Notes under the pieces: model-generated
The model's database searches: none
Told to the model about the DNA's origin: nothing
The model's input: the letters and a program-made list of their open reading frames with translations, nothing else
Made by a program: the position numbers and the translations under genes
Part shown: piece after piece, positions 1 through 12,600 of the stretch
Numbering within the stretch: the first letter of the stretch is position 1
Layout of the letters: every line of letters begins with the position of its first letter
NCBI GenBank assembly: GCA_028534125.1
Contig: CM052816.1
Coordinates: 55,802,001 to 55,866,000, forward strand
DNA length: 64,000 nt
Direction of reading: 5' to 3'
Source: Lama glama
Lineage: Eukaryota

Positions 1-114
1 GGAGAAAATATTATCCAGAACTCTGCCAGTCAAAGTGACTATCTGTTAACATTTTAACACATTTCTTTCCCTTCTTGTTTTTTCCTATACTTTTTTCTTT
101 AACTATAAAATATT

Positions 115-330
115 GTGTACATATTATATATGTGTGTGTGTATATATATATATATATATACTTTTTGTTTAGTTATATATACTGAGCATGTATATACATA
201 TGTACTTTTTTGTTTGATTATAATACATTATATATGGTATAGGGTGTGTATGTGTGTCTATGTATATATACACATAGACACATATATATATATACATAGA
301 CACACATACACACACAGAATACACACATCC
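115..330. repeat. Degenerate (TA)n/(TG)n/(CA)n microsatellite tract
   Basis: tatatatata / gtgtgtgt / cacacataca runs. Confidence 0.85.
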
Positions 331-779
331 TGTGGAAGCTATGAAGTATAATAACAAAATAGACACCTGTGATATACTACACAACTCAGGACATGGGACA
401 TTACCAATTGTTTTTAGTTTCCTATGAACTTTTTCCCATACCATTCACATGCCTCTCCTGGAGAGGTAATTACTATCCTGAATTTTCTTTTTTCACTTAT
501 CCCTTTATTTTGAGTTTTACCACAAATGAATGGGTCCAAAATAACATGAACATTAGGAGAGTAAATCCACTTTTCACCCAAGTAATATTCCCCCAAAATA
601 AAGGTATACAAAGTATTTCACCAAATACTCTATGAAAAGTATTATACATTTTCCAAAAAGAGCATTCATTTTCTCAGATTTGGATTTCTTTAAATGTTGC
701 TGTCCATTAACCCAAACAATTCACATGGTGTTTAGCACAAATTAGAACTGTTTTGTGAAATTAAAAATGAATCAGAGTA

Positions 780-909
780 GGGGAAGGGCATAGCTCAGTG
801 GTAGAGCACTTGTCTAGCATGCATGAGGTCCTGGGTTCAATCCCCAATACCTCCATTGAGATAAATAGATAAATAAACCTAATTACCTCCCCCCACCAAA
901 AAAAAAAAA
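780..909 (+). mobile_element. tRNA-derived SINE (camelid Vic-1-like)
   Basis: A box tagctcagtggtaga, B box gggttcaatccc, (taaa)n-cctaattacctcccc, poly-A; TSD gaatcaga(g/a)ta at 769-779 and 910-920. Confidence 0.9.
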
Positions 910-3049
910 GAATCAGAATATATATGTAATCAGAAAAATCAGGATATGTGAGACCCTTTCTCAAAAACTGAAAAATGAGGGAAAACGCAAAGACAGGTTT
1001 ACACAGGATTCAATGTTGGTACAGTACCTAAATGTGTTTTTTAGTCATCATTATGGTTGATTCAGTTGTGTAGGAATATGCCGACCACAACTCCTATAGG
1101 CTGTCTCTCCTTAGTGCTGAATTTAAGATAGAAGCTCAATTTTATTTTGAAATGGCATACATAAAACAGATACAAAAACACTTCAAAAAGTTAACAATAC
1201 TATGAAATTTAAGATAGTAGCCTAATATGTAATTAATATTTCATGATGAAAAGCCTCTGAAGAGTAACTAATAACATCTGTTATTCTAGTAATTGACAAA
1301 AAGGTATTATAATGAAGCTCATAAAATCAGCAGAAGATGATTGCAAAAAACCCTCGGTATTTCAAAAATGAGAATCAGAGGACTAGACATGCCTAGTGGT
1401 AAATTATAACAACCCTCCCTACCCCATTGCTCCAGAATGCCCAAGATATTGCTATTCTGTGTGATTTCTACTATTATAATTATTCATTGTTTAGCTCTAT
1501 TAGACCATGAATAATATATTTCTTTAGAAGGAAAAATACAAAATATCCTAGTTAAGGAGCAATAGCTATAGACTGATCATCTGTCTCAGATGATCATTGC
1601 AACATTTTATAATTTATGATGACAGGATAAAAAGCAACAATATTGGAATATAGATGTTAAACCCAATTATCAGCATTTTGTACAGATTCTTAAGATTATT
1701 CCCCCCATAAACACAGTATAATGTTGGTATAAAAAAATTGGCAATCAATGTAACAGACAAGGCCATGATAGGCTGTCAAAGACTTAGAAACTCAGGCAAC
1801 CCTGGTGAAAATGACACTGATTTTGTCAACTAGTTTTGGTAAGTTTGAAAGATTCCTCCTTGTCTGCTTGTCCAAGCAAATAACATTCATTAATGGCTCA
1901 GATGCTAAGAAGCCTGTAATTCTACACATCTCTCTTCCTTTGCACATCTCCTCTTTGTAGTAATTACTAGTAAAAACATCAGATTTTAAAAGATGCTTAA
2001 CCTAACTCAAAATTAGAGAAATGTGCATTTAAATAGGGAATGAAAGCTTTGTGTGTGTTGTCTGTCGGGTTGGCAAAGATGATGAAAAAGATTGATAATG
2101 CTTAGTACTAGCAAGGATAAGGGAGGAAACTGATGTTCTCATACACTCTTGGAGGGAAAGTAGTACCATCTTTTTTGGAGAGTAGTTTATAATATCTCTC
2201 AAAATGTTTCACATATATATACCAAACCCTTAGAGATAGCCTTTCCACTTACTGAATTTACTCCTGTTACTAATATACTTGCACCAACTGTCATTTTAAA
2301 AAGTTGGAAACAACCTAAATGTCCATCAGTAGGGGATTATGCAGTGGAAAACTGTGTTGTCATTAAGAAGAATGAAGTACAGATAAATACATAGATCTGT
2401 ATAACTTCCCATGGTACACTCTTTACAGAATAAAGCAAAGAGCTGAACAGTGACAGCTCTGGAATTTCAAATAAGAAAGGCTTCAGCATGATCATCTTTT
2501 TGAAGTGAGGGCTACGACTTCAACCAAGGTTGCGTTTGAATAGCAAACACAGTTGTCATTTAGTTGTTTAGCTGCACAGCAAATTCATATCTTTATCTTA
2601 GAGTGTATATTTATTTGGAGTTATTTAGGGGAATTGAGGAAATGAGAGGATATCAAGCATATCAAGCCACTACCTGACTCTGCTATTTTAAAGAACAGCA
2701 TACTCTGTTTTTTATTGCTTCTCTCCATTAAGAGATAGTTTGCATATAATGACATGCACGTTCAGTTCTACGTGTGGTGGGTCTTTTTTTCTTTTGAGCC
2801 ATTGTGTTATATTTATGACCAATCAAGTCTTCCATGAAAGTCTCATTTCTCACAGTTTTGGGATCTAAATTAACCTGGATAGGATGTAAATGATAAAAAA
2901 CTACAGGCAGGAAAGAATTTTAATTATGGAAACAAAATATATTGTGTAGCCACAAAACACTGAGACTTCTTTTTGAAAATCCACACTTCGAAACAGGTCT
3001 CAGTGCATTACACCTTATATACTTATATATACATACTCTACTTCCTGCT

Positions 3050-3370
3050 TTGTTCAAGACTCATTTCATACTGCTGTCCTCTGACTCCCCGGCTCCAGGC
3101 ACACAAGCCTCCTTCCTGTTCTTCTCAGATGTCTCAGAGCCTTTGCATTTATTTATGTTCATGCTTTAGGTCATAGGTCAAATGTCACCTCTTCAGAGAG
3201 GCGATCTCTGACCATGTTCTCTAATCAGAAACCCATTTATTGCTTTCAAGCACACATCACTCCCTGCACAATTATCTCACTTATTCATGTACTTGTTTAT
3301 CATCTGCCTCATCCATTAGAAGGCAAGGCCAGTAAGGGATTCAAGGCACTGAGCCTCAGGAGCATTCATA
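3050..3370 (+). mobile_element. L2 LINE fragment
   Basis: L2-like motifs gcctccttcctgttc...caaatgtcacctcttcagagagg (recalled consensus). Confidence 0.6.
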
Positions 3371-4354
3371 GACTGGTATTCATGCTATTGGATATGACTT
3401 TGGCATTTTCCCTCCCAATGAAAATCTGAGGTGACAAAGCTGGCATTCTACTTTTAATTCACCTTTAAAACGGGTAAAGAATTCTCAAATAGGACTTTGC
3501 CTTGAAAGACATACCGCCTAAATGGAATCAAGCAATGAAAATTTAATTATAGTTCTGAAGGATTACTTGGTTTCATTTTATACATTTACTACACAATATT
3601 ATTCCTCAAAGATTCAAATTTTGATATAATCTGATTTTATTTTGCCTTGTGTTATTTAATTTTTTTAAAAAAATTGTTGGTTTGAAAAAATATAATGCTC
3701 TTTTCAAGGTTTTCTGGCTAACTCATTATGTATTAGTATTTATATTAGCAAACAATCCATTTTCCTTTTAAGTACTTGAATTTTTTTTCCCTATTCTTAG
3801 GGTCTCTTTAAATCTAAAAGAGTTTCCATTCCCTCTTTTTTATCCCATGATATATAATTGTTGAAAGAAACCAGGTCATTTGTCCTACTGAATTTCCACA
3901 TTCTAGATTTGGTCAGTTTCATCTTTCTTGTGTTAACATATTTCTCTGCTCCCTCCCCACCTTCCCCTGCCATATAAATAACTGACAGATCTAGAAGCTT
4001 GATTAGATTCAGGTTTTTAACTTGTTGGGGGGCATGGAATAATTCATAGATAGTGCCATTTATTCCTATTGTATCATGCCGGGAGGAACATAATATTTGG
4101 TTGTCTCACTTTTAGTGATGTTAAGGTTATCACTGGATACAAATGTTGCCAGCCTGATCTATTCAGTGTAAAACTTCCCATCAGCCTTTTACCTAGGAAT
4201 TTAGGACTGTTTTAAGCATGGAGGATGTAGGTGACAAGGGGTTAAAAAAACAAAGTCTAGTTCTTTGCATATTTATTACTCTACTGCCTACTATTTACAG
4301 AGTTGAAAAATATTCAATTAAGTTTATTTTTAATTTTTATTGTATATTAACTAA

Positions 4355-5108
4355 TTTTATTTTTATTGAAGTATTGTTGGTTTACAATATTGTGTTAGTT
4401 TCACACAGCAAAATGATTCAGTTATATATATATGTATATATATATATTTCAGATTCTTTTCCATTATAGGTTATTACAAGATATTGAATACAGTTCCCTG
4501 CATTATATAGTAAATCCTTGTTGTTTATCTATTTTATATATCATAATGTATATCTGTTAATCCCATACTCCTAATCCCCACCTTTCCCCTTTGGTAATGA
4601 TAACTTTGTTTTCTATGTCTGTGAGTCTGTTTCTGTTTTGTAAATAAATTAATTTGTATCATTTTTTAGGTTCCACATATAAGCGATATCATATAATATT
4701 TGTTTCTCTGTCTGACTTCATTTAGTGTATTTTCTAGGTCCATCCATGGTGCTGCAAATGGCAATATTTCCTTTGTTTTTATGGCTGAGTAACAGTCCAT
4801 ATACATATTTATTATATATATATATATCACATCTTTATCCATTTATCTGTTGATGGACACTTAGGTTACTCCCACTTCTTGGCTATTGCAAATAGTGCCA
4901 CTATGAACATTGGGGTGCATGTATCTTTTCAAATTCGCGTTTTCGTCTTTTCTGAATATATGCCCAGCAGTGGCATTGCTGGATCATATCGTAAGTCTAT
5001 TTTCAGTTTTTTGAGGAACCTCTATACTGTTTTCCATAGTGGCTGCACCGATCTACGTTCCTACCAACAGTGTAGGAGGGTTCTCTTTCCTCCACACCCT
5101 CTCCAGCT
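4355..5108 (-). mobile_element. L1 3' end (ORF2 C-terminus plus 3'UTR), 5'-truncated
   Basis: Antisense L1 3' motifs (tattgaagtattgttg...ccatttatctgttgatggacacttagg...ccacaccctctccagc). Confidence 0.9.
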
Positions 5109-5789
5109 TCAAGTAAGTTTAAAAGACAACCACTAACCACGTGTTTTAAACAGTAGTGGCTTAAATATGATCTAAATAGTAAAATAAGCATGGCAAAGCC
5201 ACTTCCTGTACTGAAAAGAGCAGTAAATTGAGGAGTCAGTTGTCCATTTACTTGACATTTAAAGACCCAATATGTGTTAAGACCCTGGAGATTTCAAGTT
5301 GAGTACTAAACACTTGCTGTGTGGAAGGGGTGTGTCTTTTCCAGAGCCATTCTCTCACTTGGCAGGTGGCGCTCACTTGGCTTTATTTTGAATGAGTCTG
5401 AACTAAAAACTTTTAAATAGATTTAAATCAAATTCCAGTCATTTCATTTAAAAATAACTGGTTACTTTTGGAGGCTGCTAGGCACCAATGTTATGATAAA
5501 AATTTAAAAAGGGAAAAAATAAAGCATTTAATCTGCTTTTCCTACACAATCCGTATTTCAGGGTAACAGTTGATAAGGGAAAAATACGAATACAAAATAC
5601 ATCAATTAGATGCGTTTTGATTAACTAAAAACTTTTGATTAACATTTTTGTTTTGCCTATGTCAGGGGACACTTGGGGAAGGGGTGTCAGAGGGATTAAG
5701 GAGAAAGGAAGCACTTGGTGGACTCGAACACACTCTTCGGAGCTAAGGTCACATTTCTGGCTTCAGAAAGTCGGGCAGAGCGACAGTTC

Positions 5790-6600
5790 TTTCCGGGTCT
5801 GGGTCTCACAAGCTCGGGTGCGAGGCAGGGGACGTGACCCAGCTCTCCCGCCCTGCCAGGACTCGGCCTGTGGTCTTTCCGCCGCGACGCTTCCTTCCTC
5901 ATGCCGACGGCCGCAGCTCCAGTCGCCTCACAGCCCAGCCACGAAAGAAAAGCGCGGAAAGCGGATGTCGCGGCGGCGGGCCCCGCCCTAGGTGGCGGGG
6001 ACGCGCAAGGCGGGCGGGCGCGCGCTGCCGACCACTTCAGGCCACTTCCGGCCGCGGGAGCCGGGGGGCGGGGCCGCGCGCGGCGCGCGGCTCCCCCTGC
6101 CGGCGGCGCGCGGCCAGACCGCGGCGCTGGACCGCCACCCCGACGACGCCCTCGCGGCCGGGCGGGCAGCGCTCTGTGGCCTCCCAGCGAGGCTCCGTTC
6201 CCGCCAAGAGTTTTGTTCTTAACTCCCAATTTCCCTGGCCCTCAGAGCATCTTTCTTCCCCCCCCCTTATTTTTATTATTATTTTTTTCGGTAAGGAAGG
6301 AGAGAAGGAGGATAAGAAGGGAGCGTGGCAAAGATGGAGGAAGGTGCTGACTGGGACAGTGATGAGACGGTGATAGAGGGGTCGGTGACGGAGAGCGAGC
6401 AGGAGGAAGAGGAGCTGCCCTGGAGAAGGTGACCCCCTTAGCGCCCGGTCTTGGAGAAAGTGGCCGCCGTTGGGCCTGGGCGCTGGCGGTGGGTGGCCCT
6501 CTGAGATCCGAGTGCAAGTTGTTACCAGCTGAACTTCCGTCTGCCTGTGGGCGGGAGTAGGCCTCGCGGCCAGCCGGGCTTTGTAAATAAAGAAGACCGC
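5790..6600. promoter_or_regulatory. CpG island / TATA-less promoter of ANKRD31
   Basis: Very GC- and CpG-rich stretch in an AT-rich background; several GGGCGG GC boxes; ETS/GABP-type ACTTCCGG at 6044-6051; spans exon 1. Confidence 0.9.
6334..6428 (+). CDS. ANKRD31: ANKRD31 coding exon 1 ([32 protein letters not shown])
   Basis: ATG in strong Kozak context (aagATGG) inside the CpG island; donor AG|GTGACC; 95 nt, ends phase 2. Confidence 0.93.
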
Positions 6601-9600
6601 AAATGCCCACCCTCCCCAACTTAGGGCAAAATGAGCTTTTATAGTAGGTGGCTTTATGGCATTTTTAACAAGCCTGTTTTCTTAGACTGGGCTTTTTTGC
6701 ACAGGCAAAAAAGTCTTGTGTGTAAATTTCTTAAGTGCATTTGCCTCAAGCAACTCGTAGCTCAGGGCTACGAGTTGGTTAATGTACTTTTCTCAGGGTA
6801 AGAAGAATGCGTGATGGGGGAGACTGGTTACTATCAGAGTGGAGACGGATGGTTTTTTAAGAATCAAGAAAAAATGGTAGTTTAGTTCATCAACACATAA
6901 CCTAGTTCTCTGTGCTGGATCCAGGGAAAAGATAAAAGAGATGAGGCCACTGCCTTTGAGGGACCTACAGGCCAGGAAAGACGTAAATAGATAATTTCGA
7001 TATAACGTGGGAAGTCCAGGGTTGGAGGTATACCCAGGATGGTTTAGGAGCCCAGAGGGACGCTTACCTCAGCCTAGGTGGTCATCATAGTTTGCTAGGG
7101 TTGACTTCTGAATAGAGGCTTGAAGGTGGGTTAGGAATTAGATGAAGGAGAGGAGGTTTTCAGGCCAAGGGAACTGCATAGGTAAAGGTGTGGGGTGGTG
7201 GCGCTTAGCATTGTGTTCTGTGTGTTGGAATCTACAGTTGAGTATTACTGAAGTGTTCAGTGCTGAGATGGGTGTGGTGAGAGATGAGCGGAGAGGTAGG
7301 TGGGGTAACATCATGTAAGGCCTCGTATCCCTCATGTGTCCTGGTAGGGAGGTTGTAAGGGATTAAGTGGGGGAGCAGCACTGTCAGATTTTTATTCACT
7401 CACGCATGCCCTAGACTAGGGCTTTTCAAATTTTCATAAAAGTTATAAATTTCTTATAAATCACTTCAGAATCTTGTTAAAAGGTGGATTCCAATTCAGG
7501 AGTTCTAGGGTGGGGGTCCAGGATTCTGCATTTCTAACAAGCGTCCACGTTAAAGTTGGTACTGTTAGAGCAGGAATTAGCTTTTGCAAAGCAAAGAGGT
7601 TAGCTGTGGGATCAAAGTAGTTACAGCCTGGGATGATGAGAGCTCAGCTAGACAGGAACAGTGGGAATAGCGGGAAAGGGACAAATCTGAGAAATCTTTA
7701 GGAAGTAAATTAGGCAGGAGACAGTGATTGATTAGATGGGAGGATGAGGGAGGGGCAGCGATAAAGGGTGATATCCAGATTTCTGGCTCATTTATATATA
7801 CAAACAGTAATATTTGCTCTTAGTGGTGTACAGGGAGCATTATGACTAACTAGTACATCTAGTCTTATAACCACCACCACCCTAAAGATCCAGAACAGTT
7901 CTGTCGACTCCAGAAAACCTCCCTTGTCCTGCCCTGCCCCTTTGTAGTCAAGCTCCTCCTTCCCCATTTAAATCACTGTTCCCTTCTGTATAACGTATCA
8001 TCTTTTTTTCCTCTCTGCTTTCATTTTTTTCTCCCTATCTTCAGTTTTCTGCCATTTGATTCTGATGTGTCTGGGCATGCTTTTCTCTGTGTTTATCCTG
8101 TTTGGGATTCACAGGCTTTCTCAAATTTATAAATTAATGTCTTTCACCAAACTTGAGATATTTTTTTTGTCATGATTTCTTCGTGTAGTTTTTCTGTACC
8201 AATCTTTTTCTCATCTCTTTCTGGGATTTTAAATGACCTGAATGGTAGACCTTTCGATAGTCTCCTAGATCCTTGAGGTTCTGTTAATTTTTTTCAGTGT
8301 TTTCTCTCTCAGTTCTTCAGACTGTATAATTTCTCTTGCTCTGCTCTGTCTTCAGATTCACTTACTCTTCTCTATGTCATTTCCATTCTGTTGTTGGGAC
8401 CATTCAGTGAATTTTAAATTTCAGATATTATAGCTCCTAAAATTTCCATCAGATTCTCTTACATAGTTTTTATGTCTCTGCTGAGAATTTCAACATTTTC
8501 ATCCATTTGATGACTGTTCACCTTTATCTCATAGAGAATGATTATATTAGCTGCTTTAGTCTTTGGTTAATTCTGACTGGGCTTGTGGGGCTGGGATATT
8601 GACATCTATTATCTTTTCTCTCAAGAATTAGTCAGATTTTCGTATTCTTCTGCATGTTGGGTAATTCTGGATTAGATCCTGTATATTTTGAATGTTATGT
8701 TTTGGACTCTTGTTCCTGTTAAAATCCTCTAGGGTGGTGATTTTTGTTTGTTTTGAATGACAGTCAATCTGATTAGGTTCTGGCTGCACGTTCTGTTTTG
8801 CATTCTGTAGGCAGTGGTTACATCAGTCCGATTTTCAAGCCTTTACTGTGCTGTTTGAGTCTGTATGACTCATCTACCATCAGGGGTGAAACTGGAATTT
8901 GGATAGTAGTTAATATCATAGTTCTCTAAGCCTTTGTTAAGCTTCTTCTCTGTACGTGGGCAGCTCTGGCTTGAACCTGAGACTTACGTTGGAACAGATG
9001 CAGAATTAGGTTTTTCCCCATCCTGCTCTCTTTTCTTGAGGATTCTCATGCACCCTTCCCTCTCCCTATGCACATGTTGGTTCATATGATCAGAAAGATA
9101 GACTTCTTTCAGTGTTAGCCTTCTCCCTGTAGAGCAGTTCCCTGCAGCTGGGGCCACCTTCAGGGTGTTAAGAGAGAGAAGAAAATAAAAGAGATTCTTT
9201 CCATAGTCTTTGGAGTACGGTTTTTCTAGTAGGAGAGAGACAGGTTTTCTCTTGAGTTTTAAGTGCCTAAGCTGCCATGGTTGGTAGCCGTATGGCTCTG
9301 AGGCTAAAGAGAGAAAACATACAAAAGAAAACCCAAGGATTCCCCCATACCTTTTGCCATTCAGGGTCCCCTTTGTCTAGTCTTCTGGATAAAGATAGAA
9401 GGGTTCTTCTGGAGTTTTTGCTATCTCTGCCCACTGTGCAGTTCCAGGTTTAGGCCTAGGATCAAAGCTGGAGACAAAAAAAAAAAAAAAGAAAAAAAAA
9501 GACCAAAAAACAAAACAAAAAAACCCCAAACTGTGAAACTCACCTACTACAAGGTTATTATTTAGATTTAGACTTCAGTCCCCAGTTTACCTGCTATTGT

Positions 9601-12600
9601 TTACTTTTCAGATTAATTGGGTAGCTTTTAAAAAATATTCTACTGGAGTTTTTAGTTGTAATGAGTGGAGAACTAGGCTATACATGGCCTACTCCATCTT
9701 GGCTGGCCAATCTTTTTTTGTTCCGCTCTGATTCATTTTATAATGCTTCTCTGGAATTGCATAGAAACATCATTCTTTCAGAGCTCATAGCCCAAGGTTA
9801 AAAATTAGGAATGGAAATACAGAATCTAAGCACTGCTGGAGCTGAGTGCCATTGCTTTTTTTTTTTTTCCCCTTTCCTCTTTACTTACTTGTATGCAGTT
9901 TATTCTGGCTGTTTTTCATGCACAAGCTCCCAACTTTGACTGGCAGGAGGAGCACAGGTCCTAGTAGCTCAGAGATCCCCAACAGGCAAAACATACAGTT
10001 TCACATAGTTAAATAATCCTAAAATATTTGCAGCTATTAAGGCCTGTTTGCTAAGCTCTGAGAAAGGGTTTGATGCTCATTAGGATTAGATAAAGCAAGT
10101 AAAAAAGTGAGGATGCCACTTGTTAACTGTGTCTGAAAAGTACTCTTTGAGAGTCTGGACTTGGTCCTAGCCCTTCTTCTTGAAACTATAAAATGCATCC
10201 TGTCCTTTTTTTGACTTGCTAGGTGCTGCTACTAACCTTCTGGAAGAATTCAAGTTGCTGACTAATAAGGTCTTGTTTTCTTATGATTTGTTTACTGCAA
10301 GGCAGGATTCCTTTTTCTTTCACGTACCCTGGGAACATTTTATCAATCCTTATTTTCTGTCTCAGCCTCTGGTAAATATTAACTGCTCAATAATATTAAG
10401 GGGTATGGCTCAGACTAATGCTATTCAGTACATTTAAACAGAACCACCTTATAAGATAGTTCATTGTTGCATGGATTTAGGTATATGTTCAGGTCAAATC
10501 ATGTCCTCTGAACATTATTAATTGCATATAGTAAAAGGCTAATTGAACATAATACCCTGCCAGATGGGTGTTAATTCTATCCCTTAAGACAGGCTAGCAC
10601 TATCTTCATGTGAGTTGTCTAGCTAGAAAATATCTGTTACAAAGGATACACTTGGGGAAGGGAAAAATAGCCAAAGAATTAATAATCACATTAAATTAGC
10701 TAAAGAAAGCAACATTTTTGGTCAGGATGTATGTCAAAATATTAGCTACTCCAGTAATTAAAACAGAATGGTGCCAAGTACTATTTTTAAAAGTGTTACA
10801 CTGAAAGGATATTTTAACTAGATTTTTTAATAAACCAACACCTTAGCCTGACATTGTAAAAAATTTGATAACATAACACCCTAATTGTCATGAAAAATTT
10901 CATTGTATTTTAACAAAGCAATAAAAATTATTTCAAAATTTCAATCAGATGTTTGCCTGAAATTTTTCCTTTCAACCCAACCATCTAATTTCCCCCTCCC
11001 TCTTATATAGTTAATACCTTCTAGCGTCTCATCTTTCTAATATTTCAGTGACACATTTTATTGTTAAAATACGCTATCCATATGAAGTAGTTGGTGACTT
11101 TTGGAGTATTAGTTTAATAGTTTGGCTAAGAACCCACTGAGATATTAATGTTTTATTTTCAGTCAATTTGTTGGTTGAACATGGATAAGTAATTTTTCTG
11201 ATCTCCACTGCTTCATTTTTCTTTTAGTATTAAAAATAGCCATCACCCCTCTCTTAAGGAAAAAGTGAAAAAAAAAATGACTAAAGATTTATGTAATTAT
11301 CTCAGTTATTTGTAGTAATAGAAAATTAGAAATAACCTATATGTTTTAAAACATATAATGCTTAAATAAATTATGATTTATTCTTATGATAGAGTATTAT
11401 CAATGTTTGATGGTTTCAGGAAGAATTTTAGTGACATTGCAAATGTTTAAACATAAAGTTAAGTAAAAAATGTAGTCCATGAAACTTTATACAGACTGAT
11501 GCAAACTTTATAAAAGAATTTCTGGTTCCATCATACATAAGCCTCCATGGAAAGAAAGCTGGAGGGAAATACACCAAAGTCTTTTTGTTTGTTTTTTGTT
11601 TGATTTTCAGTGAGATATAATTGACATGTATCATTATATTAGTTTCAGGTGTACAAAATAATGATTTGTTATTTGTATATATTGTGAAATTGTCACTATA
11701 ATTAGTTAACATCCATTATCATACATAGTTATAATTTTTTTCTTGTGATGAGGACTTTTCAGATCTATTCTCTTAGCAATGTTAAAAAATATAATACAGT
11801 ATTATTAATATAATCTTCATGCTGTACATTACATCCCTAAGGCTTATGTATTTTATAAATGGAAGTTTGTACCTTTTGACCCTCATTTACCCATTTTGCC
11901 CCTCCCACAACCCTCCCTGCCCTGAAACCACCAATCTATTCTCTGTAAGTTTGCTTTTTTATTTGTTTGTATGTTTTTAAGATTTCACATATAAGTGATA
12001 TCACATGGTATTTGTCTTTCTCTGTCTGACTTATTTCAGTTGGTAAATTGCACTCATGTCCATCCATGTTGTTGTAAATGGCAAGATTCCCTTCATTTTC
12101 GTTGCTGAACTTTCCATTGTATATATGTATACCACATCTTCTTTATCCATTCATTCATTGATGGATATTTAGATTGCTTCCATGTCTTGGCTATTGTAAA
12201 TAATGCCACCAAAGCCCTAATACAAGTAAAATTACAGGAGATTTCTGTCTTCTTATTTGTACTTTCCTTTATTGCCCACATTTTCTACAGTTCTTTTGAA
12301 GTGATAATGTATTTACATAGTCCAAAATTTTTTTTAAGTATTAAAGAATATGTAGTAAAAAGCCTTATCATCTCTGCTCCCTCAGCCACGCTGTTTTCTT
12401 TCCTATAGGCAACCAATATATTTGATCTTATCCTTTGAGAAATATTCTCTAAGTATTCATAAGTTTGAGAACATATATGAAATTATTTTCTAAAAATAGA
12501 AGCACTATGTCAAAGAGTATGTGTGTTTGTAATCTTAATAATTGAATTATTGGGTTTTGTATCATAATTAGAAAGGCCTTCTTCCCTTTACAATTATTAG

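Noticed and set aside
780..855. tRNA gene-like sequences (also at the other SINE sites)
   Set aside because: Degenerate cloverleaf with A-rich tail and TSDs identifies them as SINEs, not tRNA genes.
5635..6619. Several 76-179 aa ORFs on both strands over the CpG island
   Set aside because: Arg/Pro/Gly/Ala-rich frames are expected from stop-poor GC-rich DNA; the real start is the ATG at 6334.
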